Assembly (NCBI GenBank): GCA_030390025.1
Contig: CM059432.1
Location: forward strand, 53,756,001-53,820,000
Reading direction: 5' to 3'
Origin: Squalus acanthias
Taxonomy: Eukaryota
DNA: 64,000 nucleotides
Each line of letters starts with the position of its first letter. Position 1 is the first letter of the stretch. The notes under the pieces are model-generated. The model did not search any database. It was not told the origin of the DNA and saw only the letters and a program-made list of their open reading frames with translations. The position numbers were made by a program, and so were the translations under genes. Positions 22,190-34,495 of the stretch are shown in pieces.

Positions 22190-25100
22190 TCGGCGTGATG
22201 TCAGGAAGCACTTCTTCACATAAAGGGTAACAGAAATCTGGAACTCTCCTCCCCAAAAAGCTGTTGAGGCTAGGTCGATTGAAAATTTCAAAACTGAGAT
22301 TGATAGATTTTTATTAGACAGGGGTATTAAGGGTTACAGAACCAAGGCAGGTAGATAGAGTTAAGATACAGATCAGCCGTGATCTAATATTTTTTTTTTT
22401 GTTTATGGGATCTGGGCATCGCTGGCAAGGCCAGCATTTATTACCCATCCTTAGTTGCCCTTGAGAAGGTGGTGGTGAGCCATCTTCTTGAACCGCTGCA
22501 GTCCGTGTGGTGAACGTACTCCCACAGTGCTGTTAGGTAGGGAGTTCCAGGATTTTGACCCAGCGACGATGAAGGATCGGCGATATACTTCTAAGTCAGG
22601 ATGGCGTGTGACTTGGAGGGGAACTTGGAGGTGGTGGTGTTCCCATGCACCTGCTGCCCTTGTCCTTCTAGGTGGAAGAGGTCGCGGATTTGGGAGGTGC
22701 TGCCGAAGAAGCCTTGGCGAGTTGCTGCAGTGCATCTTGTAGATGGTACACACTGCAGCCACGGTACGCCAGTGGTGGAGGGAGTGAATGTTTAAGGTGG
22801 TGCATGGGGTGCCAATCAAGTGGGCTGCTATGTCCTGGATGGTGTCGAGCTTCTTGAGTGTTGTTGGAGCTGCACTCATCCAGGCAAGTGGAGAGTATTC
22901 CATCACACTCCTTACTTGTGCCTTGTAGATGGTGGAAAGGCTTTGGGGAGTCAGGAGGTGAGACACTCGCCGCAGAATACCTAGCCTCTGACCTGCTCTT
23001 GTTGCCACAGTATTTATGTGGCTGGTCCAGTTAAGTATCTGGTTAATGGTGACCCCCAGGTTGTTGATGGTGGGTGATTCGGCGATGGTAATGCCATTGA
23101 ATGTCAAGGGGAGGTGGTTAGACTGTCGCTTGTTGGAGATAGTCATTGCCTGGCACTTCTGTGGCGCAAATGTTACCTGCCACTTATCAGCCCAAGCCTG
23201 AACGTCGTCCAGGTCTTTTTGCATGCGGGCATGGCCTGCTTCATTATCTGAGAAGTTGCGAATGGTGCTGAACACTGTGCAGTCATCTGACCTTATGTTG
23301 GGGGGAAGGTCTTTGATGAAGCAGCTGAAGATGGTTGGGTCTAGGACACTGCCCTGAGGAACTCCTGCAACGATGTCCTGGGGCTGTGATGATTGACCTT
23401 CAACCACCACAACCATCTTCCTTTGTGCTAGGTATGACTCCAGCCAGTGGAGTATTTTCCCCCTGATTCCCATTGACTTCAGTTTTGCTATGGCTCCTTT
23501 ATGCCAGACTCGGTCAAATTCTGCCTTGATATTAGGGGCAGTCACTCTCACTTCACCTCTGGAATTCAGCTCCTTTGTCCATGTTTGGACCAAGGCTGTA
23601 ATGAGGTTAGGAGCCGAGTGGTCTTGGCGAAACCCAAACTGGGCATCAGTGAGCAGGTGCCGCTTGATAGCACCTTCCATCACTTTGCTGATGATTGAGA
23701 GTAGACTGATGGGGCGGTAATTGGCTGGGCTGGATTTGTCCTGCTTTTTGTGGACAGGACATACCTGGGCAGTTTTCCACATTGTTGGATAGATGCCAGT
23801 GTTGTAGCTGTACTAGAACAGCTTGGCTAGAGGCGCGGCTAGTTCTGGAGCACGATAGCCGGGATGTTGTTGGGGCCCATAGCCTTTGCTGTATCCAGTG
23901 CGTTCAGCCCATTCTTGATATTACGTGGAGTGAATCGAATTGGCTGAAGACTGGCTTCTGTGATGGTGGGGACCTCTGGAGTAGGCCGATATGGATCATC
24001 CACTCGGTACTTCTGGCATGAAGATGGTTGCAAATGCTTCAGCCTTGTCTTTTGCACTCACGTGCTGGGCTCCACCATCATTGAGGATGGGGATATTCTT
24101 GGAGCCTCCTCCTCCCGTTAGTTGTTTAATGGTCCACCACCATTTATGACTGGATGTGGCAGGATTGCAGAGCTTTGATCTGTTGATTGTGGGATCGCTT
24201 AGTCCTGTCTATAACATGTTGCTCCCGCTTTTTAGCATGCATGTAGTCCTGTGTTGCAGCTGGCACCTCATTTTTAGGTACGCCTGCTGCTGCTCCTGGC
24301 ATGCTCTTCTACACTCCTTGTTGAACCAGGGTTGGTGGAGTGAGGGATATGTGGTGACATACAATTCTGCTGCTGCCCCACAGCGTCTCATGGATGCCCA
24401 GTTTTGAGCTGCTAGATCTATCCCATTTAGCACGGTGGTAGCACCACACAACAGAGGGTGTTCTCAGTGTGAAGACAGGACTTTGTCCCCACAATGACTG
24501 TGCAGTGGTCACTGCTGCCATGGACAGATAGATTGGTGAGGACGAGGTCAAGTAGGTTTTTCCCCTCGTGTTGGTTCACTCACCACCTGTCGCAGACTGG
24601 CAGTTATGTCCTTCAGGACTCGGTCATTAGTAGTGCTACCGAGCCACTCTTGTTGATGGACATTGAAGTCCCCCACGCAGAGTACATTCTGTGCCCTTGC
24701 TACTCTCAGTGTTTCTTCCAAGTGGTGTTCAACATGAAGCAGTACTGATTCATCAGCTGAGGGAGGGCGGTAGGTGGTAATCAGCAGGAGGTTTCCTTGC
24801 CCATGCTTGGCCTGAAGCCATGAGACTTCATGGGGTCCAGAGTCAATGTTGAGGACTCCCAGGGCTACTCCTTCCCGACTGTTTACCACTTTGCCACCAC
24901 CCTTGGTGGGTCTGTCCTGCCGGTGGGACAGGACATACCCAGGGATGGTGATGGAGGAGTTCGGGACATTGGCTGAAAGGTATGATTCTGTGAGTGTGAC
25001 AATGTCAGGCTGTTGCTTGACTAGTCTGTGGGACAGTGCTTCCAATTTTGGCACAAGTCCCCAGATGTTGGTGAGGAGGACTTTGCAGGGTCGACTGGGC

Positions 25101-25565
25101 GTGCTGTTGCCGTGTCCGTAGGCGGTGCTGGGTGGTCCGTCCGGTTTCATTCTTATTATTTTGTTTCATAGCGGTTAATTACAACTGACTGACTTGCTGG
25201 GCCATTTCAGAGGGCAGTTAAGAGTCAACCACATTGCTGTGGGTCTGGAGTAACATAGAGGCCAGACCAGGTAAGGACAGCAGATTTCCTTCCCTGAAGG
25301 ACATTAGTGAATTAGTTGGGTTTTTACAACAATCCAACAGTTTCATGGTCACCCATTACTGATACTAGCTTTTCATTTATTTAATTATCTGAATTTAAAT
25401 TCCCCAGCTGCCGTTGTGGGATTTGAACTCATATTTCTGGATCATTAGTCCAGGCTTCTGGATTACTAGCCCAGTGACTTTACCACTATGCTACCGTTCC
25501 TATGAACAATGGAACAGGCTCAAGCAGCTGAATGGCCTACTCCTGTTTCTATGTTCATATGTTCC
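22190..25565 (+). mobile_element. 5'-truncated CR1 3' end (22190-22389 and 25501-25565) split by a LINE insertion
   Basis: FFT.RV..IWNSLP coding end and GATCAGCCGTGATCT before the insert; GAACAGGCTC..AATGGCCTACTCCTG plus TATGTTC tail after it. Confidence 0.75.
22390..25500 (-). mobile_element. Poly(A)-tailed CR1/L2-group LINE of a second family; single EN-RT ORF (degraded) with a tRNA-derived 5' head
   Basis: EN 24548-25090 (TNIWGL, LTESYL, TYRPP, GDFN); RT 22451-23782 (NYRPISLLS, QFGFR, GVPQGSVL); poly(T) at 22390-22400; A/B boxes at 25483-25493 and 25418-25430. Confidence 0.85.
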
Positions 25566-26089
25566 TCTTTCATTCTTACTTTAATTTTTGATGTACATTA
25601 ATCACATATCTTTTACTCATCACTTGACTGAGCATTGCAGATGAGAAAAGACGAAGAATAGTTCAGTGGAGTTCCAGCGGTACACGCCATATCCATCTTG
25701 CCGAAAATGTTGCCGCTAAACTCGATCGCCGAGGCCATCGCAATCACGGAGATCATGACTTCAGTGAGTGTGCAACATTCACTTGATGCCCGATCTCCCA
25801 ATTTCGTTTTGGCCATTGAGTTTACCAGCTGGAGAAAGCAACAGCCGGTTGAGGTGGCGTGCAGCAGCAGGACGCCAGCTCCAGCGATGATATTTAAAGG
25901 GATCCTCACCAATCACTTGCACCTGACAGGGTTTTGCAGTTTGAGTGGCTGTGTGCTACTTCCTGTAACTGCAATTGTAAGTTATATTTAGTTATTTCAA
26001 GGTTATTTGGTGTCAAGGAGTCTTCTGGCAAGTACAAAACTCCCTTGTTATTTTTGAGACGCTTCAAACTACAACATTTGCTGAAAGTC

Positions 26090-27283
26090 ATGGGGCTGTA
26101 CTGGCAGTCGACCTCGCCCTCCAGAATCTATGGCGGAGGGAGCAAGAAAGATGGAAAATGTGCGCAGAGGGAGGAGGAGGACTATCAGGGCTCTCAACAG
26201 GGGGCCTTACCCTCCTAGGGTCTTCCGACATCACTTCTCCTACCTTCAATTAAGCGAGGAGAAGTGTATTAGGAGGCTTCGCTTCGTCAAGGAGCTAGTC
26301 ACAGAACTCTGCCACCTCCTGCAACCAGACCTCCAGCCTCAGATCAAGGCGACCACAGCTCTCCCAGTAACAGTTAAGGTCACCGTGGCCCTCAATTTCT
26401 TTGCCAGTGGATCCTTCCAGTCTGCAGCAGGAGACATAGCTAACATCTCACAGTTCTCCATCCATCGCTGTATCCGGCAGATCACTGAGGCTCTCTTCAC
26501 CATGAGAAGGGACTACATTGGCTTTCCGATCATGAGAAAGAAACAGGATGAGCGTGTATGTGGCTTTGCCAGGATAGCGGGATTCCCTATGGTGCAGGGT
26601 GCCATCGACTGTACCCAGGTGGGCATAACAATCCTGAGATCTTCCGTAACCACAAAGGCTACCATTCACTTAATGTGCAGTTGGTGTGCGACCACAGACA
26701 GCGAATCCTCAATATCAATGCCCGCTATCCTGGCAGCAGCCACAATGCCTTCATCCTGCGCCAGACCGGTGTGCCAGCACTCTTCCAGCCACCACGTCAA
26801 GCTCGCAGCTGGCTGCTCGGAGACAAGGGCTATCTGCTTGCCACCTGGCTCATGACTCCCCTCTGCAACCCCAACACTCCTGCCCAGCACTCATATGGGG
26901 CCACCAGGAACATCATCAAGCAGACCATCGGCCTACTGAAGCAATGGTTCCGCTGCCTTAACCGCTCGGGAGGAGCTCTCCAGTACTCAGCTGAGCGGGT
27001 GTCCCATTTCGTGGAGGTCTGCTGCATGCTTCACGACTTGGCCATCATGAGGGCACAGCCCTTGCCACCAGGGATTGTGGGACCACCTCAGCAGGAGGAG
27101 GAGGAGGAGGACGAGGACGACGGGGAGGAGGAGAAAGACGACGACAACAAAGACGACGAAGAGGAGGAAGAAGATGACGTTGATGAGCAGGCACAGGAGG
27201 GAGGGCGGTGGCACAGGAGGGAGGGTGGAGGCAGCAAGACAATCGGCCTTCCGAATGGGCTCATCGGACTCCGATTCACATGA
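26090..27283 (+). pseudogene. Harbinger D transposase (frameshifted)
   Basis: ORFs 26130-26855 and 26558-27283 join with a short deletion after GAIDCT; LLGDKGY, F.CL.RSGG and an acidic tail are present. Confidence 0.85.
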
Positions 27284-28399
27284 ATGAAACCCCAGAACCC
27301 CGTAGCTCACCACATTCCCATCATACCATACCATCCCCGTTTCACGCCATATCACAGTGTCCTCCTTGGCACAAAGCTGAAATGAGAGACACCACAAAAG
27401 ATTTCAAACATAATTAATAAATTTGGGGGTGAAACTGGGTATTGCCCCATTTGGGGCACTAACTTTTGAAATTTTGAAAATTTAGCGCCAGGCGCTAAGG
27501 ATTCTGAACTTCTACTAAATTGGGTGATAGCGTCCCAGGAAGGAAGTGGGGTGCTAAATCAAGCGCTAATGACCTCAGTGGGGCGCTACCAGCACAGCGC
27601 TAATGAATTTCAGGTGCAATGCATTCAGCAATGATCCTTCACACTGGTTCCTTCCAGCTCTTAAAGGGGAGGTTGCATCATTGTGCAGATGCTCATTTTC
27701 ATCATTGCTGGCTTTGAGGTGACCTGCGAGCAAGTGAATCCCCTGATGGCTATGGCTGTTGTAGAATTCGCAATATAATCGCGATTTTATAAATAAGGAG
27801 AAAACACATAGTTTCGTACAAACAGCTTTATTTCAGCAGAATGCTGTCAGGTTTTCAAAGTGGACACAAGCAGCCTGTAAAATGGCCGCCACGCCTCGTG
27901 GCAGAACATTCTAGACTTTTCGATAAGCAGACAAGATGGCGTTCCAATAAACATTTGTGCGAGATCGATCAAGACTCAGCACATTTGAGATAATACACAA
28001 GACATTATGGGTTTGCAGTATACACATAAATACTGGAATCGGTCTCCCAGGTGCGAATAAGGGCTATTGTACCAAGTGATCAAGAACCCATCCAAAGACA
28101 TTAATATGCAAAATCCCCACGACTCTACGATGAGAGAGCCGTTTGCGGGTAGTTACAGAAAACATTTGGAAGCCCCAAAAGCCCTCCAGGGAGAATACTG
28201 ACCGTGGCGATACGTATGGTCGTCTTCTTCTCTTCTCATCTCATCTCATCTCATCTCATCTCATCTCATCTCGGGCCTTCGGTTCCAACACCGTTTACCG
28301 ACTTCTCGGGATGGTGTGCCCGTTCCAAGGCTTCACAGCCCGGTTCCACACAGATCTTCGCGGCAAGCCACGAGGCTGATCCTGGCGGATCAGAAAGTT

Positions 28400-28731
28400 G
28401 TCCCCCCCACCTTTTTTTTTTTCCTCCTAGAAGCTGGCAGCTGTCCTTCATTCTGCCAGTGGATTTCACACTTCATTCAGCCTTAATCTGTCACATTAAC
28501 ACCACCTCTAGCCTTGCATATCTCTTAATGTCTCTTAATGTCTCTTCATCTCCTCCTTTGTTCCTTTATCCCCTCCCCCTTTTCCCAGCTTTACCCTGGC
28601 CTTAAATCTATTTGATTTCCAGCTCTTCCCAGTTCTGATGAAAGGTCATCGACCTGAAACGTCAACTCTCTTTCTCTCTCTACGGATGCTGCCTGGCCTG
28701 CTGAGTTTTTCCAGCGTTTTCTGTTGTTATA
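28400..28731 (+). mobile_element. Penelope-like 3' terminal (pseudo-LTR) fragment
   Basis: Near-identical to 37263-37460 (minus) and homologous to 54800-55175. Lies within 19-bp direct repeats 28186-28204 / 28732-28750. Confidence 0.8.
28631..28667 (+). ncRNA. Minimal type-I hammerhead ribozyme motif
   Basis: AGTT-CTGATGA-A-AGGTC-ATC-GACCT-GAAAC-GTC-AACT: conserved core, 5-bp stem II, stem I AGTT/AACT, GUC cleavage triplet. Confidence 0.8.
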
Positions 28732-31700
28732 CCAGGGAGAATACTGACCGGTTACACATTGGGAAAAATATTAACAGGTACTCAGGCAGTTACAAGTATC
28801 CCCGAAACCCATTAAAACGGAGATCACCCTATACAAGAAGTTTGAGCGCCAAAACTCTGACAAAAGAAAAGACATTAAGATTGGGCGGGAAAAGAGGAAT
28901 TTCAGCACTATAACTGTAAGCTCCAACCGTCCATCTTTCTCTTATTCGCTCGCCGTCTTGTTCCTGCCTCTTGACTCTTATTCTCCTGCCTCTTGCCACT
29001 TGCATCGTGCCTCTGCCTCTTGCAGCTCTTAAAGACTATCGAACTTTCTGATCCGCCAGGATCAGCCTCGTGGCTTGCCGCGAAGATCTGTGTGGAACCG
29101 GGCTGTGAAGCCTTGGAACGGGCACACCATCCCGAGAAGTCGGTAAACGGTGTTGGAACCGAAGGCCCGAGATGAGATGAGATGAGATGAGATGAGATGA
29201 GATGAGAAGAGAAGAAGACGACCATACGTATCGCCACGGTCAGTAAGCCCCGACCGCGCCTGTAGGTCGAATAGACACTTTCCTTGCCCAGGAAGACTAT
29301 CTTTTGAGTTTTACAGAACTGGCATCGGAAGACCATTCTTCGAATTTTATCGCATCAGGGCAAGGGCACAGGAAGACTTTTCTTTGAGTAGTGTCGGAAC
29401 TCCGAGGACAACACAGATCTTCATGACAGCAGACGGTCCAGCCTGCTAGCCGGAGCAGAAACGAGTAAATAAGTGGGGTACAGAGACCCCTGATCAACAC
29501 GTGGGTGATCAGGTGCTGCGGTAAAAACATCCGAGCAGAGTTTTCGGAATTCTCCGAGTTATCACGAGTGGTGAGCATGAGTCTCGATCCTACAAATCTA
29601 GTTTAGAGCAGGTATTGATAGGGGAGGGTTTAAGTTTTAAGGATAACTGTAATGTGTGCCCCCATTTACGATGTGTCGTTCGTTCCTCGTTTCCCTAAAG
29701 TTAGTTACATAACTGCGTGTAAGATTGTACTGTCATTAATCTGTGCTTATGACATGTATTTCGTAATCTTGAATAATATGCAATAAAGAATTTCCATTTC
29801 GCACCATTCAACCAGGTCTACCTGAGTTTTCTCTCCATTATTGCTCTCGCATCTAAGTCCAGTGTCAGAACCGTAAGGGCGAGTGGGTCGAACCACTCAC
29901 AGGTGTCTAGTGCTCCCAGACTGGCTGGAGACCAGAACAGGCAACAAGGCCTAACCTCGCACTAGCACCCAGGCTGAGCACAGAGCCACAGGCGGTGTCA
30001 CACACGCAGGAAACCCTTACACTGTTCCCACTCCCAGGGAGAGAGCTCGTCGGTTCACAGACGTGATATTGGAGGCATTGGAGGCTGGAGTGGAGCGAAG
30101 GAGGGCAATGCTGTTCCCGGCCACTGGAAGGAAGCCATCGCCTCAGGTGTTCAGGGCAATGTGGAGGGAAGTGGCCCAGGAGGTCTCGGCCAGTCGTGTG
30201 GTGGAACTCAGCCTGACACAGTGCTGCAAGAAATTCAACGACCTCAGTCGGGTGGTCAAAGTGAGTACATGCTTCAACAGCTCCGACATACCAGTATCTG
30301 AACCTCAGTCTGTGCACACTGCACAACCAACCACACCGCCACCACTCACCCACCAAACATCTTCACCTACTCAAACTCACATCCACAGCTCACGCCTTGC
30401 CTACAATCACAGCTATTCAATGACGGCAGGCATATCTCCCAAACACAGAGCTGGACTCTGACTCAAACACATTTGTTTCTCTTGCAGGCCAAGATGGCCC
30501 ACAATAGGAGGGAGCAGCAGAGAACAGGCGGGGGTGATGCGCAGCTCCAGCAGCTTTCAGACCTGGAGGAGCGAGTGCTGCGACTCATTGGGCAGCAGGT
30601 GGTGGGCGCCGTGGCCGTCAGTGACGTCGACCCCGCTGGGGGCAAAAACGGTATCTTCAGCCCCTCTCCTTCTCTCATCCCACTTCCCCCTCACACCACA
30701 AACCTTTCTCACTTTCCACCTCCTCAGAATGTCTGCATTCCTTGCTCCATTCCTGCCCCCCTGCCCTCACATTAACGCGAGTCTTGTGCCTTAATGTTTT
30801 CAGATAATCAGCAACCAGATGACCAGCCTGTCCCTGAGCCTCCCACTGAGAGTGAGGAAGGAGAAGAGGAAGAGGAGCAAAGCACGCATCACTGCATCTC
30901 TCACCCGCAGGCACCACCTCAGATACTGGCACTATGCGATCTTTAGAGGCAAGTTTAGTAGAGGGGTCTGCACTGGGTGATGCACCAGGGACGAGCGGGC
31001 TGCAGCAAGGCCAGGGGAAAGGGTAGCTCGGGAGCCAGCTCCCCAGAGGGCAAGTTCTGCTGCACAGGACTCAGATGAGGACCTCGATGGTGAGGCGTTC
31101 ACAAGAAGGGTGATGGCCATGCACACCGAGATGATAGGTGCAATGGCAAGGGTGCCCGACAGCCTCTCGGCAATGGTAAGGAGCGTGGAGGAGTCCACGT
31201 CTAACATTGCACAGAGCTCTGCAAACACCATGTGCAGAGGATGGTGGACTCCCAGAGAGACTGTGCGGATCCAGACCTCATGACGCATGTCATGGGTGAT
31301 GTGGCAGCTTCCAGTGCAGCACAGGCGGACGCGACGCAACGTCTTAGTGCTGTAATGCAATCAATGGTTGGTGGCATCGAGTCTCAGACTGCTCTCATGC
31401 AGTCTCAGCTTGATGCCACAAAAGCTCTGACTGCTGCCATTGTCGCTGGGTCCACGACAGTCCACTGGGGATCTCACAGTGTTGCACCAGGCCAACAATC
31501 TGTGCTCCAGCAGGTTGGTAGGGATGCTGAGGTGTTGCCCCGGGGGAGTGGGAGTGGGTCAGTGGAGCAGGAACCTGCTGTCCTCTCTCAGGATGACAGC
31601 ATTCTGCTCCCACCACTGCCATTCCGCATTGCACTTGTCATCCAGCCAGCCCAGACTGCCGCCGCCCAGCCTGAGGTGGTGTAGTGTACAGTCGGGCCTT

Positions 31701-33213
31701 CCTGGCCCAGAGCTGGTTGATGGCGTCCTGCAAGGCCATCTGTAGTCTCTGGCACTGACACTCAGCAGCCTTCCACCAGCCCTGCTGCAGCCACTGAGGA
31801 GACACTACGTAGGAAAGGGGACTGTAAAGAGGAGAGGCAAGGGTTTGCACAAGGGTGATTAATCAATATTGTTGTATATGTGGTTAATGGTTTTTGATAA
31901 ATTTATTACTGGAATGTTGCAGATTTGGTGCTGTGTCACATTTCAGTTCTGGGGTGTGGTATGGAATCACAAAGTGATGGAATGATGGCGATGTGCTCAG
32001 CAACCGGAAAGAAGACTCGAAGTCACTGGAAATGAAATCTGATGAGGCAGTCATGGACCGACCTTACAGAATGCCGATTGAGTGGCTGCCTCCTCCGTCG
32101 CTGCTGTTCGTCCTCCTATTCCTCCTGCTGCTCTTCGTCCTCATCCTCCTCCTCCTCCTGAGGTGGTGGAGTTATGCCTGGTGGCAATGGCTGCGCCCTC
32201 ATAATGGCCAAGTTGTGCAGCATACAGCAGACCACGACGAAAAGTGACACCCGCTCAGCCGAGTACTGGAGGGCTCCTCCCGAGCGGTCAAGGCAGCGGA
32301 ACCGTTGCTTGAGCACTCCGATGGTCTGCTCAATGATGTTCCTGGTGGCAGCATGGCTCTCATTATATGAGTGCTGGGCAGGAGTGTTGGGGTTGCGGAC
32401 GGGAGTCATGAGTCAGGTGGAGAGTGTATAGCCCTTGTCTCCCAGCAGCCAGCTGCAAGCTTGATGTGGTGGCTGGAATAGAGCTGGCGCACCGGTCTGG
32501 CGCAGGATGAAGGCATTGTGGCTGCTGCCAGGATAACGGGCATTGATGGTCAGGATTTGCCGTGTGTAGCCTTTGTGGTTACGGAATACCTCAGGATTGT
32601 TATGAGGTGCCCGCAAAGCGATGTGGGTGCAGTCAATGGTGCCTTGAACCATGGGGGAGCCCGCTATCCTGGCAAAGCCAAATTCACGCTCGCGCTGCTT
32701 CTCTCTGGTCATGGGGAATGAAATGTAGTCCCTTCTCCTTCTGTACAGAGCATCTGTGACCTCGCGGGTGGAGCAATGGACGGCAAACTGGGAGATGTTG
32801 GAGATATCGCCTGTCGCACACTGGAATGATCCACTGCCATAGAAATTGAGGGCGACGGTGACCTTGACTGCCACTGAGAGCCGTGGTGGTCCTGATCTGA
32901 GGCTCGAGGTCTGGCTGAAGGAGGTGGCAGAGCTCTGTGACCACGTCCTTGGTGAAGCGGAGCCTTCTAACACACTGGTCCTCTGTGAAATTCATGTAGG
33001 AGAACTGCTGCCGGAATACCCTGGGTGAGTAAGGCCTCCTGTTGAGAGCCCTGTTGGCCCTCCTCCCTCTGGCCACATTTTGCACTCTTTCTCTGTGCCT
33101 CAGTTGCCTCTGACATTGATGCTGGAGGGTGAGGTCCAGTGCCAGAACAGACCCATGAAAGGATCCAAATATTGTACTTTCAAATCTCCCCTCAATGAAA
33201 CTGAAGAATCTTT

Positions 33214-33698
33214 GGGCTGGATTTTGAATGACCCATGGAGTCTGGTTTGGAGGCGTGTGGGGGGTTAAATTTGCGGGGTCGGGGTTTCCGACCCCATCCC
33301 GACTCCATCCCGCCTCCACGCAATTTTGACAAAATCAGTCGCGGGGTTCCCGACTCCGTCCCGCCTCCAAAAGGCGGGAGAGGCCATTAAAGCCCTTAAC
33401 AAGCTCTAAATTGGCTCTGTAATGCCATTTTGAAACGTTTTAGCTAGTTTAACCCTTTCCTGACGTGAAGTACGCCTGGTGTGAAACACTCCAGTGAAAC
33501 CTGGCGGGAGCACAAGTGGACAGCTGACTATCAGCTGCAGGTCCACTATTACAACGGAGATGTGATGAAGGTAGTAGTAGTATTAGGTCTGAAAGTCACC
33601 GCTGCTGCATTGAATGTGTTCAGAGACTGCCTGGCCTTTGCTGTGAGACAAATTGGATGCAAAAAAAATTCTCTGTCTCTCTCTCTCTCTCTCTCTCT

Positions 33699-33741
<43 letters not shown>

Positions 33742-34030
33742 CCCCCCATCCCCCCATATTTTGCATCCAGGTCCACTCACATCAAAAGCAAGCCAGGCAG
33801 GTCCTCTCTCACCAACAGTCTCTGAGACTAGGTAGCCAGCAATGATGACATCATCAGAGGCGACTTTCAGACTGAAACCATTAATTGGTTCATGGGTTCC
33901 CACATGCTGCAACTCAATTGCCCAATTAAGTGAAAATTGCATCATTCATCCACATTAATCTGGAGTTGGGGGGGAAACACGAAATGCGGATTACACGACC
34001 CCAACCCGACCCCAAGACAAAATCCAGCCC
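33214..34030. mobile_element. Harbinger-type MITE (817 bp) within Harbinger C
   Basis: Perfect 12-bp TIR GGGCTGGATTTT / AAAATCCAGCCC; TSD ttt/ttt. Confidence 0.85.
33670..33736. repeat. (CT)n microsatellite
   Basis: Directly visible dinucleotide run. Confidence 0.95.
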
Positions 34031-34495
34031 TTTATGTGCCAGAACACTCGTTAAAATGCAAAACGCTGAAATCGGTCAAAAGGCCTCTTTGCCTTTGTGA
34101 AACTAACAATGCAGCATTGTTGGCAGACAAAAACTGAACCGGATGTGGACGCCTTTAAATAGCGCTCCTCCAGGGGACATCTGACTGAAAGCCACCTCCT
34201 CTACCTGTCGTTGTTAAAGGCAGGCGCAGAAGCAGGGGGCGAGAGGAAATTTTTCATCCGGGGCGCTGCAGACGGCAAGGAAGTCACGATCTCTGGGCGC
34301 AGGAGATCGGGGCGCAACGTCTTACCGCCGCAAAACTCCCGCCGAATTTAGCGGGAGGCGTTGATATCGCTGCGCCCGGTCACAAACCCATTTGCGCCCC
34401 GTTAGCGTCCCCCGGAGGCGCTAACAGGAGGCGCAAAGGAGCCCAATTTCTAGCCCGTTATCTATAAACATGTCACACATATTACATGAATACTA

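Larger units (their letters stand above)
27760..29901 (+). mobile_element. Putative solo LTR (~1.6 kb once the internal insertion is removed)
   Basis: Starts TGTAG, ends TCACA; flanks gctgt/ggtgt (5-bp TSD with 1 mismatch); AATAAA at ~29782; non-coding; interrupts Harbinger C. Confidence 0.6.
27425..34456. mobile_element. Harbinger C (degenerate), inserted between the two genes of Harbinger D
   Basis: TIRs GGGGGTGAAACTGGG / CCCAATTTCTAGCCC; Myb gene remnant on + ~30020-31860; transposase remnant on - ~32030-33160; flanking 3-mers ttt/gtt. Confidence 0.82.

Noticed and set aside
25400..25500. Functional tRNA gene
   Set aside because: A and B boxes are present, but spacing is extended, there is no clear cloverleaf, and it continues into a SINE-like body.
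33481..33945. ORFs with poly-SL / poly-ER tracts
   Set aside because: Artefacts of the (CT)n microsatellite inside a MITE.
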